Source of the DNA: an uncultured candidate division Zixibacteria bacterium
GTDB lineage: Bacteria > Zixibacteria > MSB-5A5 > UBA10806
NCBI GenBank assembly: GCA_963817915.1
Contig: CAWFQL010000016.1
Coordinates: 1-64,000 of the forward strand
Direction of reading: 5' to 3'
DNA length: 64,000 nt
In this document: piece after piece, positions 19,109 to 29,092 of the stretch
How positions within the stretch are numbered: position 1 is the first letter of the stretch
How the letters are laid out: each line of letters begins with the position of its first letter
Notes under the pieces: generated by a model
What the model was told of the DNA's origin: nothing
Database searches by the model: none
The model's input: only the letters and a program-made list of their open reading frames with translations
Translations under genes and position numbers: made by a program

Positions 19109-21094
19109 ATGACCGATTGGCGTCGGGGCGACGTTGAAAACAATAGTCCTTTTCTTAAATCATATAATGATTCCCTATGGACTATTAGCACAGAAGCGTA
19201 TTCCGATGATGTTTACCCAATAAATCATTGCGATAATCCTCCATGTACTCTTTATACTCATTATTGGGGGCCGGGATCGCATAGCAACGCCATTGCCTCC
19301 GATGGATGGGTTTTAACAAGTGAGGAGGCAAATCTAAACAATCGATTTTACAATTTAAAAGATAAACAGGCCCCAATCATACGAGTATTCAAATCTTCTG
19401 ATTATACACAAGTATTGGATACAATACCCCCTTATGGGGCATTTGATCTGGTTTGGGATGGAGCCGCTCCGTATCTCAAATATTCGACCAGTATTTCCGA
19501 GATGGACGGCGGGACATGGCCTCAATCAACCCCTTGGCCAATAAGCCTTATCGAAGGAGTCGAAGCCGGAGAAGCGATTTATCAGTGCCTGGGCGTTCAT
19601 GATGTAACTATACAGGGAAGATTGGCATACGCTTCCTATTATGGGCTTGGTTCGCATATACTGGATTTGGCCGATTTACCCGATCTCAAATATAGAGGCG
19701 GAATAGCTCATAATCTTGGATACGGGGATACGCTAAAGGAAGAAGCCAATGCATTGTGTCTTTCAAAGGATGGATACATTTACGAATCGGGCGCGGATGG
19801 TCTGCGCATGTATCGTTATGGATTGACCGGTGCAATCGCCTCCGATACGACATGGAATGGCGATGTCTATGTATATGACACACTAACTGTCAACCATAGT
19901 CGCAGTTTGACTATCAATTCCGGAACTCATATCTATTTATTCAAAAATGCGCTAATTAATGTCAAAGGAGGTCTTTTCGCCAACGGAACGGCCTTTGACT
20001 CAATAAAATTTATTGCTCTTGGCGGGAATCCGCAACCTGGCGATTGGACGGGAATATATGTAGATGAGGGCGATTCTGCAATTTTGACCTATTGCTCCGT
20101 ACAAAACGCGGAACGAGGCATAGAAATCAGAGATAATTCGCGCGCGAATATTTCCCATTGCAACATAAGCAATAATGCCACGGCCGGCGTGTATAATTAC
20201 AAAGGACGCCTGAAATTGCTCAACTCTAGGCTTAATTACAACGGCATCTATGGACTTTATAGCTATATGTCGTTGGATACAGTGTCGTCAAATTACTTTT
20301 TGGAAAATGCCGAATATGCTATAAATATCTATTCGCGTTTGGGAACTACAAACTCATATATCTACGCGGATACCATTGACCGCCCATCAGCCCAGACGTC
20401 TCATTACGGGATTTATGTAAACGCCAATTCATCGGTCAATATTCATAAATGCAAGGTAGGCCGTTATGACCAGGGCGGTATTGGTCTTAACAATTCCAGC
20501 GTGCATATTACAAATTGCTACATCTGGCAAAATGGTGACAATGGGATATATGCGGAGCAATATTCAAACCCGACAGTTCGACGATGCACAATTACCGAAA
20601 GCATGATTGGTGTAAAAACATACCTTAATTCGAGCCCCAATTTAGGAACGAATTCGGATTCCGGGAATTGTTCGATTACATATTGTACCGACAGATTTAT
20701 TTATCATAATTTTGGTCCTTCGGGATTAACCCCCGATACCCTTAAAGCCCAATATAATTGGTACGGCTCCTCGCCACCAAACAGTAGGAAATTCGAAGCC
20801 GTATATCCTGCCGTCGTACAATATAGCCCCTGGCTTTTGTTAGCCCCTCCTCCTCCAAAGCCCGACGCTCCCGACCAGCCACTCCCTCTTCAATTCACCC
20901 TAAATCAGAATTTTCCGAATCCGTTCAATCCTGAGACGAAGATATCGTTTTCACTAGATGAGCAGGCATTTACCGTTGTAAATATTTACAATATTATGCT
21001 GATCGGCGAAATTCATGAATGCCATAGTTTCAGGCTGCCAGGAGTGACCATCGGGATGCTGACCTTCAGCCGGATCGGGATAATTGCGATTTAA
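19109..21094 (+). CDS. C-terminal part of the LVIVD / beta-helix / CTD protein; CTD truncated at ~20998
   Basis: 'VHDVTIQGRLAYASYYGLG', beta-helix repeats, 'QNFPNPFNPET..NIYNIM' followed by sequence that no longer resembles a CTD. Confidence 0.65.
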   Translation: MTDWRRGDVENNSPFLKSYNDSLWTISTEAYSDDVYPINHCDNPPCTLYTHYWGPGSHSNAIASDGWVLTSEEANLNNRFYNLKDKQAPIIRVFKSSDYTQVLDTIPPYGAFDLVWDGAAPYLKYSTSISEMDGGTWPQSTPWPISLIEGVEAGEAIYQCLGVHDVTIQGRLAYASYYGLGSHILDLADLPDLKYRGGIAHNLGYGDTLKEEANALCLSKDGYIYESGADGLRMYRYGLTGAIASDTTWNGDVYVYDTLTVNHSRSLTINSGTHIYLFKNALINVKGGLFANGTAFDSIKFIALGGNPQPGDWTGIYVDEGDSAILTYCSVQNAERGIEIRDNSRANISHCNISNNATAGVYNYKGRLKLLNSRLNYNGIYGLYSYMSLDTVSSNYFLENAEYAINIYSRLGTTNSYIYADTIDRPSAQTSHYGIYVNANSSVNIHKCKVGRYDQGGIGLNNSSVHITNCYIWQNGDNGIYAEQYSNPTVRRCTITESMIGVKTYLNSSPNLGTNSDSGNCSITYCTDRFIYHNFGPSGLTPDTLKAQYNWYGSSPPNSRKFEAVYPAVVQYSPWLLLAPPPPKPDAPDQPLPLQFTLNQNFPNPFNPETKISFSLDEQAFTVVNIYNIMLIGEIHECHSFRLPGVTIGMLTFSRIGIIAI

Positions 21095-21781
21095 ATCGAC
21101 TCCATTGGCATTATATCGCGAACCGAATGTTATCGAATCATTAACTCCCCAATAAGTACCATCGGGATTGGCCAATGGATTAATATATATTTCCATGCTA
21201 TTAACAATATTCGTGATTTGTTGATCCGAGCCGTAATTTGTCAGAAGGTAGTCGATTAGCCTGAGCATTAAGACGTAGCCCGTAGTCTCATCGCCATGCA
21301 TGGAGCTTGTATAGAGAACTTCGGGTTCGTTTTCAGCGGTATTGACATTTGCCGAAATCTTGGCCATCAGCAGGGCACGTCCATTCACGGTCGGGCCGAT
21401 ATTTTCAATTGTGCATAAATTAGGATAATCAGTCGCGAATTGTTGCATCATGGCAACATAGGCGGTGTATGTCGGATAAACATCCCAGTCAAGGATTTCA
21501 CTCCGAACAGAAGACATTGCAGGCTTTATCAATGATCCAGGATCGGGTAGAATGGTGTATGAATATCCAAGTGATTTGAAATTTTCAAATTCCTGATCAT
21601 TGGCATATGCGAAGACAGTTAAGCCACTGATATTATCTATAGAAATTATATTGGTGAGTTTGTTTATCTCATTCCTGGTTTTGACATCGAATTTGAAATA
21701 ATTCTGGCCGTTCTTGCCGAACGCAACGGATGGGAATAGGATCATTCCTAATATTAATAAGACTATAAAACCTTGTCTCAA
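20954..21781 (-). pseudogene. M14 zinc carboxypeptidase, 3'-truncated at ~20988
   Basis: 'SSMHGDE', 'NPLANPDG', 'RYNANGVDLNRNYP', 'QPET'; breaks off before the third zinc ligand. Confidence 0.8.
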
Positions 21782-21984
21782 AAAAAACTCCCGTTACAAA
21801 GCATACTAAAATACTGTTTAATTCGGTCAGCCAAATAAGTCCGCAAAACCACAATAAATATATAGAATTATTTTCCACAAACAAGCGGTTTTAAGAAGAA
21901 AACAATGGGAATTGAGGTTGGTGCGGAAGCTTGCCTCTGATATAAATTCCATAGCAATGATTTTTAATCCCCCCCTCGAACTTC

Positions 21985-22013
21985 TTGACTCATTCGATAA
22001 TTGACCTTAAATT
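21985..22013 (+). promoter_or_regulatory. Sigma70-type promoter of pgsA-pgpA-cinA
   Basis: TTGACT-N17-TAAATT. Confidence 0.5.
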
Positions 22014-22051
22014 CCACGTGCGATGGGCAATAATCCCCGAAGGCGAATCAA

Positions 22052-22658
22052 ATGAATTTTCCAAACTTACTCACACTCACCAGAATATTTCTATCGCCGG
22101 TATTCATGGTGCTAATACTAATCGAAAACTTTTATTTCCGCCTGGCAGCGACTATTGTCTTTATTATTGCCGCGCTAACAGACCTGGCTGATGGCTATTA
22201 CGCCCGCAAGTTGGGCCACATGACCGGCTTCGGACGGTTTATGGACCCATTGGCGGATAAGATATTGGTGTCGACAGCGTTCTTATCATTCGTGGGCCTG
22301 GGGTACGCGCGGGCATGGATGGTCATTATCATCATTGGACGCGAATTTCTGATTACAGGGCTTCGTTCGATGGCCGCCTATAAGGGGATGATGATTACAC
22401 CATCGATTATGGCCAAATGGAAAACCGGCTCGCAGATGGTAGCCGTCTCGGTGATTTTGGTCTATGCCATTAGCGGATCCAATCGTGACCGCCCGAATCA
22501 ACCATGATTTTGTTTTACCAGTATGGAATCTGCCGGTCACGGGATGGCATTATAATCTCTTTGACCTGATACTGCTTGTACCCCTATTCTTCACAATCTG
22601 GACAGGCTTTGATTACCTTTTGAAATACGGCGGCATCCTGAAAGGAACCCTGCGTTAA
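22052..22658 (+). CDS. pgsA: CDP-diacylglycerol--glycerol-3-phosphate 3-phosphatidyltransferase, with a +1 frameshift near 22470
   Basis: 'PNLLTLTR', 'TDLADGYYAR..T.FGRFMDPLADK', 'REFLITGLR', 'KWKT..QM'; C-terminus lies in ORF 22464-22658. Confidence 0.92.
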
Positions 22659-23155
22659 TGAGAGAGATTAAAAAAAATATACCTGAGGGCGGCATCGCCA
22701 TCAAGCTATTCGCCTCCTTCTTTTTTTCGGGCCATTTACCAAAGGCACCGGGGACATGGGGCGCGGGGTTTACGGCAATAATCCTTTTCTTTGTTTGGCC
22801 GCCGCAATGGTACTACCAATTTCTGGCAATTTTAGTCATCTATCTTTTTGGGGCATTCGTGGCGGGCAAGGCCGAACGATACTATGGCCATGATGGCCGC
22901 CAAATCGTAATCGACGAGGTTGCGGGGCAGATGGTAGCCTTGTTCATGGCTCCGCCGAAATTGATGGTCTATGTATTGGCATTCCTGCTTTTTCGAATAT
23001 TCGATATAATCAAGCCGCCGCCGGCCCGTCAATGGGAAAACATGCATGGCGGTTGGGGCATCATGGCCGATGATGTAGCCGCCGGGGTCTATGCCGCCGT
23101 AATAGTCCAATTCCTCCTCGCCCTCGCAAACAGGTGGGGAGTAGCACTTGTGTAG
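22658..23155 (+). CDS. pgpA: Phosphatidylglycerophosphatase A
   Basis: 'APGTWG', 'D..IVIDEVAGQ', 'FRIFDIIKP', 'GGWGIMADDVAAG'. Confidence 0.93.
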   Translation: MREIKKNIPEGGIAIKLFASFFFSGHLPKAPGTWGAGFTAIILFFVWPPQWYYQFLAILVIYLFGAFVAGKAERYYGHDGRQIVIDEVAGQMVALFMAPPKLMVYVLAFLLFRIFDIIKPPPARQWENMHGGWGIMADDVAAGVYAAVIVQFLLALANRWGVALV

Positions 23156-23193
23156 AAATATCATTATGATGCTAAAATAAGCGAGGTGGTCAT

Positions 23194-24454
23194 ACGAAAA
23201 CCGAGATAATCACGATAGGCGATGAGCTTCTGTACGGGCATACGATTGACACCAATGCCGCCTTTATTTCGCAGAAAAATCACCGAGGCCGGCGCCCGGG
23301 TAATCTGGCGCACCACTGTCGGAGACGATGTCGACATTATCACCGAGGCCTTCGCACGCGCCATGGCCCGCGCCGATTTGGTAATCACCACCGGCGGCCT
23401 GGGACCGACCAGCGATGATCTCACCAAGAAAGCGATCTGCAAATATTTCAAACGGCAGTTAATCTTCCACGATAATATCCTCAAGAAAATCGAAGATCGT
23501 TTCAAGGCGCGCGGCCTGGTCATGCCCGCAGTCAATCAAAGCCAGGCTCTTCTGCCGCAGGGGGCGGAATTTATAGATAACGAACGCGGCTCGGCAGTCG
23601 GAATCGTATTTGAAGAGAATGGGCGGCTTTTTATTTCCACCCCTGGAGTGCCATCGGAAATGATGCCGATGATCGAGGGGTGGGTCGCCGCGGCTATCCG
23701 CAAGCGCGCCGATGGACAGACCACGATCCATCGCACCCTGCGTACAGTCGGCATAATTGAATCTGCCATATACGAAAAGATATCGGAGCTAATCGACACC
23801 AAATCATCGGGGCCATCCGAGGGCAAGATATCGACAGCGTTTCTGCCATCGTGGCGCGGCGTGGATATCCGTTTGACAATAACTACCAAGAACAAAGAAG
23901 ATGGCCAGAAGCAGATAAATACACTCGAATCCAAAATCCTCGAACGAATCGGTAAGTATGTCTATGGCTATGATGGAGAATCATTGGCCGAGGTTGTCGG
24001 CCTAATGCTGAAAGAAAAGAATCTCACTCTGGCGGTCGCCGAGTCTTGCACCGGCGGACTTTTGGGTAAATATATCACCGATATCCCCGGTTCATCCGAT
24101 TATTTTGTCGGAGGGGTAATTGCCTATTCCAATGGAATCAAGATGAAGTTGCTTTCTGTTCCGCAGATCATATTGGAGAAATATGGCGCGGTCAGCGCGG
24201 AATGCGCCCGCTATATGGCCGAGGGTGCGGCGCAAAATCTCAGCGCAAATATCGGCGTATCAATAACCGGAGTCGCCGGACCGACCGGAGGCACGCCCGA
24301 AAAACCAGTGGGGCTGGTCTATATCGGGTTGTACGCGTCGGGCCACGCCGATGCCCGCGAATATCGAATAGGCCCCGACCGCGAACGAAACCGCGAACGT
24401 TCCGCTACTGCAGCATTGGATTTGATAAGACGGTATTTGAAGGGAATTGAGTAG
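23194..24454 (+). CDS. cinA: Competence/damage-inducible protein A (MoCF-like + PncC domains); +1 frameshift near 23278, start codon reads ACG
   Basis: Upstream frame reads KTEIITIGDELLYGHTIDTNA; then 'TGGLGPTSDDLT', 'PGVPSEM', 'AESCTGG', 'GAVS', 'TGVAGPTGG..KPVG'. Confidence 0.92.
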
Positions 24455-24477
24455 GTCGAAACCTTTACGGTTTCGAC
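24455..24477. terminator. Hairpin immediately after the cinA stop
   Basis: GTCGAAACC/GGTTTCGAC perfect 9-bp stem; no strong U tail. Confidence 0.4.
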
Positions 24478-24589
24478 ATAAATATCTTGTCAGCCGCTCG
24501 CTATCTCCGATACCAACTGAATTGAAAAATTATCCCAATTTCAAAAGTCAATTTTAATCAACACGAGTTCACATCCACAAATTGATCTG

Positions 24590-24618
24590 TTGACATCAAG
24601 GACATGCAGGTATATATT
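24590..24618 (+). promoter_or_regulatory. Sigma70-type promoter
   Basis: TTGACA-N17-TATATT; GGAG Shine-Dalgarno before ATG 24671. Confidence 0.7.
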
Positions 24619-24670
24619 GACTCCATATTAAATGATGCGATTTTAACCTCGAACCCAGAGGAGATTCCTT

Positions 24671-25384
24671 ATGCCGGTGCAGGTAAATTCGATAAAATGG
24701 ATTATTGTCCTGTTTATCCTGATTTCAGTCATAATCCCGATTGGTTTTGTATCCGCGCAGACGGATAGCACTCGTGCCAAAGCAGATACGGCTATTATTC
24801 ATCGCGGCACAAAGGCGCTGCAATTCCAGCTCGGAAATCCTTTTTCGAGCAGAGAAGAACAGTCACTGATTTTCTCTGGCAGATACTATCTGAATACGAA
24901 ATCTGCCATCAGAGTCGGTCTTGAATTCAATGAAGGTTCGATGGTGAACAAATCAAATAGCGAACGGTATTCCCCATACGATACATCCGCCTATTCTTCC
25001 AGGCAGTACGATTTTACAGCGATGAATTCTCTTTTATTACAGTATATCCGATACCGAATGGTTTCATCCAAAATAAATATTTACTATGGCGCGGGTCCGA
25101 GATTAAGTTATGAAAATAGATATAGAACGGATCAATATAATCATAATTATAGCAATTATGACGCCTGGGGTTTCGGAATCGATGGCACTATCGGTGTTGA
25201 ATGGTTTGCTACGAAAAGAATTAGCTTTAATGGCGAATACGGTTTTGTAATTCGATATCTATATATCAAATCCGTTAACACAAGTGATCCGGGAAATGGC
25301 TACTATCATAACGATGGCTATAAATACTACCATTTCGAGCTAAGGACTCTGGAAGCTGTCTTCGGCATTTCGATTTATTTTTAG
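24671..25384 (+). CDS. Outer-membrane beta-barrel protein
   Basis: Signal peptide, alternating aromatic strands, 'GVEWF..ISFNGEYG', C-terminal 'SIYF' beta-signal. Confidence 0.75.
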   Translation: MPVQVNSIKWIIVLFILISVIIPIGFVSAQTDSTRAKADTAIIHRGTKALQFQLGNPFSSREEQSLIFSGRYYLNTKSAIRVGLEFNEGSMVNKSNSERYSPYDTSAYSSRQYDFTAMNSLLLQYIRYRMVSSKINIYYGAGPRLSYENRYRTDQYNHNYSNYDAWGFGIDGTIGVEWFATKRISFNGEYGFVIRYLYIKSVNTSDPGNGYYHNDGYKYYHFELRTLEAVFGISIYF

Positions 25385-25462
25385 TTCCATTTGTCGAATT
25401 TGATTGAATCGAGCGATTTTATTTCTCTAAGGTAGATTCAAAGATAAAAGGCGAACTTTTTA

Positions 25463-26167
25463 ATGACACTCTTGCGCAAAAATAAATCCAAAATTGCTTG
25501 CCTTATAATATCAATTTTTATGGCATCGAGCCCTTTGGTTGCGAATGCGGATAGCACCGAAGTGAACAGATCGTATCCCTGCATTAACAAAGGCTCGAAG
25601 ACATTATTATTTCAACTTGGCAATCCGTTTTTGTCCGGAGAAGAGACATCTTATATTTTCGGATTCAATTATTTTTTTAAAAACCGCACGGCCATCCGTT
25701 TCCGATGTGAAGGCTCGCTTGTTTTCGGGAATGAAACTTCGTTTGCTGATACGGTTTCGGCTAACGATACGATATATTCCAGCCAAAACCACCCCTTCAG
25801 ATATGGCTATTATGGCTTATCTATTCAATACGTCCTTTATAAGCCAATAAACAGCCATTTCAATTATTTTTATGGCGCAGGACCGTCATTTAGCTACCAT
25901 AATCCAGACAATCCATATCATATAGAGGAAATTTACTTTAGCAGAACATGGGATTTGGGGGTTGCGTTACCATTTGGAGTCGAATGGTTTCCGACGGAAA
26001 AATTATTTTTGTCGGCAGAATATGGTCTCAAGATGCAGTATACTGAACATCTCTCTAAAAACATATCTGTATCCAAAGACGGTTCGTATTCAAAGTATAT
26101 TCATAAGGATGACAAATTCGAAATCAAGACGCTCCAATTTGCATTTGGTGTGGGAATCTACTTTTAG
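25463..26167 (+). CDS. Outer-membrane beta-barrel protein (tandem paralogue)
   Basis: Shares 'FQLGNPF', 'YGAGP', 'GVEWF', 'EYG' with the upstream gene; ends 'GIYF'. Confidence 0.75.
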   Translation: MTLLRKNKSKIACLIISIFMASSPLVANADSTEVNRSYPCINKGSKTLLFQLGNPFLSGEETSYIFGFNYFFKNRTAIRFRCEGSLVFGNETSFADTVSANDTIYSSQNHPFRYGYYGLSIQYVLYKPINSHFNYFYGAGPSFSYHNPDNPYHIEEIYFSRTWDLGVALPFGVEWFPTEKLFLSAEYGLKMQYTEHLSKNISVSKDGSYSKYIHKDDKFEIKTLQFAFGVGIYF

Positions 26168-26200
26168 CAAATAATTTAATTCAAAAATAATATGGCAATG

Positions 26201-26228
26201 AAAAGGGGGCGACTGTTATCGCCCCTTT
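26201..26228. terminator. Bidirectional terminator between convergent genes
   Basis: GGGGCGA/TCGCCCC stem flanked by A and T runs. Confidence 0.6.
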
Positions 26229-26252
26229 ATAATTTCTATTTAATAATTCGAT

Positions 26253-27215
26253 CTATATCCCCATCGGAGCCATACGCAGATATTCGGTTGTCCGCTTTTT
26301 CTGATCGAGGTCTTTCCAAACCCTGGCGACCTGTTCGACTTTCAATCCCATCTCTTTGGCGACATCCTCGATCGGATAACCCTCTTCTTTGCCAAACCAG
26401 AGTAGATCCATTGTGAGGAATTTCAGACCGTAGAAAAATTCTTCCTGACTGACTTCATCAGGATATGTATCTGTAGTTGGAGTGCGAGAACAGATGCTTT
26501 TGGGTACTTCCAAGTAATCGGCCAGCTGGAATATCTGAGTCTTATAGAATTTTGCGATTGGTTTTACATCTACGCCGCCATCGCCATACTTCACGAAAAA
26601 TCCCTGGTCGTATTCATTCTTGTTGGCTGTCCCTATTACAGCGTAATTTCTGGCCTCGGCATGATAGTAAAGAGTCAACATGCGAATTCGCTGCTTCATA
26701 TTCGATGCGGCCACGATCTGCAAATAAGCCTTTAGCGGCAATCTTTTTTCTTTCTTTTCGCCCTGCGGAGATTCGATTGCCAGACGATAGACATTGATTC
26801 TATCAGATTCGAGAATATTGGTCGGCAATACTATCTTGGCTTTCCAGCCATCGCGCCATTCAGGAAATACTTCCTGGAATGCCGAATCCCGATATTTATA
26901 GCAATTGGCTCCTCGCAATGCCTCGGTCACATCATTTACTTCGTATTTATATCCATACTTGTTGGCCAATTCTATGCCCAACGCTTTCGATTCCGATGAT
27001 GAATCTTTATCCGGCAATAGTACGCCGTACATCTTTTCCGGCGTGAACGCCCTGGCGCAGAGAGCCGCGACCACGGCTGAATCTATTCCACCGGATGTCC
27101 CAACAACCGCGCCCTGCCGTTTAAGATCGACATGGACTTGCTGCTGCAACGACTTGACAAGGTCGTCAACAACCTTCTTGCAGTCTAATTTTATCAAATC
27201 CTTAGAGAATTTCAC
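26253..27215 (-). CDS. nadE: NH3-dependent NAD+ synthetase family protein (EPS-locus type, with insert)
   Basis: PP-loop 'SGGIDS', 'NMKQRIRM..LYYHA', 'GFFVKYGDGGVD', 'PTTDTY'. Confidence 0.85.
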   Translation of the reverse strand: MKFSKDLIKLDCKKVVDDLVKSLQQQVHVDLKRQGAVVGTSGGIDSAVVAALCARAFTPEKMYGVLLPDKDSSSESKALGIELANKYGYKYEVNDVTEALRGANCYKYRDSAFQEVFPEWRDGWKAKIVLPTNILESDRINVYRLAIESPQGEKKEKRLPLKAYLQIVAASNMKQRIRMLTLYYHAEARNYAVIGTANKNEYDQGFFVKYGDGGVDVKPIAKFYKTQIFQLADYLEVPKSICSRTPTTDTYPDEVSQEEFFYGLKFLTMDLLWFGKEEGYPIEDVAKEMGLKVEQVARVWKDLDQKKRTTEYLRMAPMGI

Positions 27216-27230
27216 TTTTGACTCCTTTGG

Positions 27231-28772
27231 CTACTTTTTCTCTGAATCTGCCTTCAGCTGAAATTTCTTGATCTTGCCGGATGATGTCTTCGGCAGGGTT
27301 TCCGCAAATTCCACAATTTTCGGTACCTTGAATGACGGCAGATTCAAACGGCAATGTTTTATAATATCTTTTTCTGTTGTTTTCGAATTTTGCTTTAGAA
27401 CAATTACGGCCTTGAGCGCCTCTCCCAATATTTCATCGGGCACACCTATTACAGCCGATTCCACTACTGAATCATGCTCGGCGATAATCTCCTCGATCTC
27501 CTTAGGACTGATCCTGTGAGCGCCAGATTTTATCATATCGGACTTCCGACTTACTATAAATAGGAATCCATCCTCATCGCATCTTGCCAGATCGGCAGTA
27601 TGAAGACCGTCTTCTTTGAGAACCTTCGAAGTCTCCTCCGGCTGATTCCAGTATCCCATCATAATATTATCGCCCTGGGCTATTATTTCGCCCGGCTGTC
27701 CCGGCGGGCAGATATTGCCCTTATCGTCCTTTATGGTCAAAGTGACTCCGGGGATCGCCTTGCCGATTGACCCTATTTTTTCCAATAGAAGGTCTGGCTC
27801 AAGGTAAGAAAGTCGCGCGGCCGCCTCTGTCTGACCATACATGATAAATATTTTAACATGCGGAATCGCCTGCATGATTTTCATGGTAAGGGCAGGGGTC
27901 ATCGGCCCTCCGGCCTGTGTTAAATAGCGGATATGATCCCAATGATAATTCATAATATCCGATTTATGCATCAATATCGCAAAATTGGATGGCACTCCCG
28001 AGAATCCGGTTACTCGCTCGCGAGACATGGTTTCTAAGATGACATTAGGATACGCGAAACGAGTATCGATCACCAGCGATCCTCCGACTCGGATATGAGT
28101 CAGAAGCAGCGAATTCCCATAGGAATAGAAAAATGGCAGTATCGCCATTACCTTGTCTCTATAAGTGAGGTTGAGATATTCCACTATCGAATCAGTGTTG
28201 GCTTCAAGATTTCTATGTGAGAGCATTACTCCTTTGGGATTGCCGGTAGTCCCTGAAGTATAGATTATCTGCGCCAGGTCTTCTGATGACCGAAATATAT
28301 CCGGCCTCGTTGAATCACCGTTTAATTGAATATCGAAAAAATGTGCGCAAACGGGGGTTTTTCTCTTTTCGAATTTCTCGTAATGACCCTCGAGCACCAA
28401 TATCTTAAGATGATCGAGTTCATCTAGTATGTCGGCAAGATGATGTCCTTGTCGTGAATCGATAATGATGGCCGAGGCCGAGCAATCCGAAAGGATGCTT
28501 TTTAATATTCTCGATGTCGTGTCGGTATTCAGGCCGACAACAACCGCGCCGGCTTTCAATACTCCGAAATATGCGATTACATAATTGATCGAGGAATTGA
28601 GCAATATGCCGATCCTGTCGCCCGGCTTGATACCGTTGGCAATCAGATGATTCGCCAGTTTATTCGAGCTTCGCTCCAATTCAATATAGTTAATTCGGCC
28701 ATCCAGATATACGACAGCCTCATTGTAAGCATATTGCTCGGCGCTTGACTCTAAAAACTGATGAACCAACAT
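27231..28772 (-). CDS. AMP-dependent (ANL) acyl/aminoacyl ligase
   Basis: 'YTSGTTGNPKG', 'MYGQTEA', 'IKSGAHRISPKEIE', 'LPKTSSGKI'. Confidence 0.9.
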   Translation of the reverse strand: MLVHQFLESSAEQYAYNEAVVYLDGRINYIELERSSNKLANHLIANGIKPGDRIGILLNSSINYVIAYFGVLKAGAVVVGLNTDTTSRILKSILSDCSASAIIIDSRQGHHLADILDELDHLKILVLEGHYEKFEKRKTPVCAHFFDIQLNGDSTRPDIFRSSEDLAQIIYTSGTTGNPKGVMLSHRNLEANTDSIVEYLNLTYRDKVMAILPFFYSYGNSLLLTHIRVGGSLVIDTRFAYPNVILETMSRERVTGFSGVPSNFAILMHKSDIMNYHWDHIRYLTQAGGPMTPALTMKIMQAIPHVKIFIMYGQTEAAARLSYLEPDLLLEKIGSIGKAIPGVTLTIKDDKGNICPPGQPGEIIAQGDNIMMGYWNQPEETSKVLKEDGLHTADLARCDEDGFLFIVSRKSDMIKSGAHRISPKEIEEIIAEHDSVVESAVIGVPDEILGEALKAVIVLKQNSKTTEKDIIKHCRLNLPSFKVPKIVEFAETLPKTSSGKIKKFQLKADSEKK

Positions 28773-28779
28773 ATCCCAG

Positions 28780-29025
28780 CTATTTCTGCTTTCGCTCGAT
28801 ATATTTAATCAAATTATTCACCGAATCGAGATTTTCGGGCACCAATTCCTCGTCTTCGACTTGTACCTTATGATTCTCTTCAATATGACCTACTAATTCC
28901 AGGACTCCCGTGGAATCTATAATTCCTTTGTCAAGCAGAGAATCCGAATCCTTCAATTCCGATGGATCCCGTCCTATCATGAAATTATCCAGGATAAAAC
29001 TCCTGATGTCAGCTCTGATATCCAA
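28780..29025 (-). CDS. Acyl/aminoacyl carrier protein
   Basis: 81 aa, acidic, 'GIIDSTG' phosphopantetheine Ser, 'LVPENLDS'. Confidence 0.9.
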   Translation of the reverse strand: MDIRADIRSFILDNFMIGRDPSELKDSDSLLDKGIIDSTGVLELVGHIEENHKVQVEDEELVPENLDSVNNLIKYIERKQK

Positions 29026-29092
29026 TTATCCTCCTTAATTCCGATAATTCTCCAAAGTTTTTTACATCAAATACGACTCAAATGTCAATACC

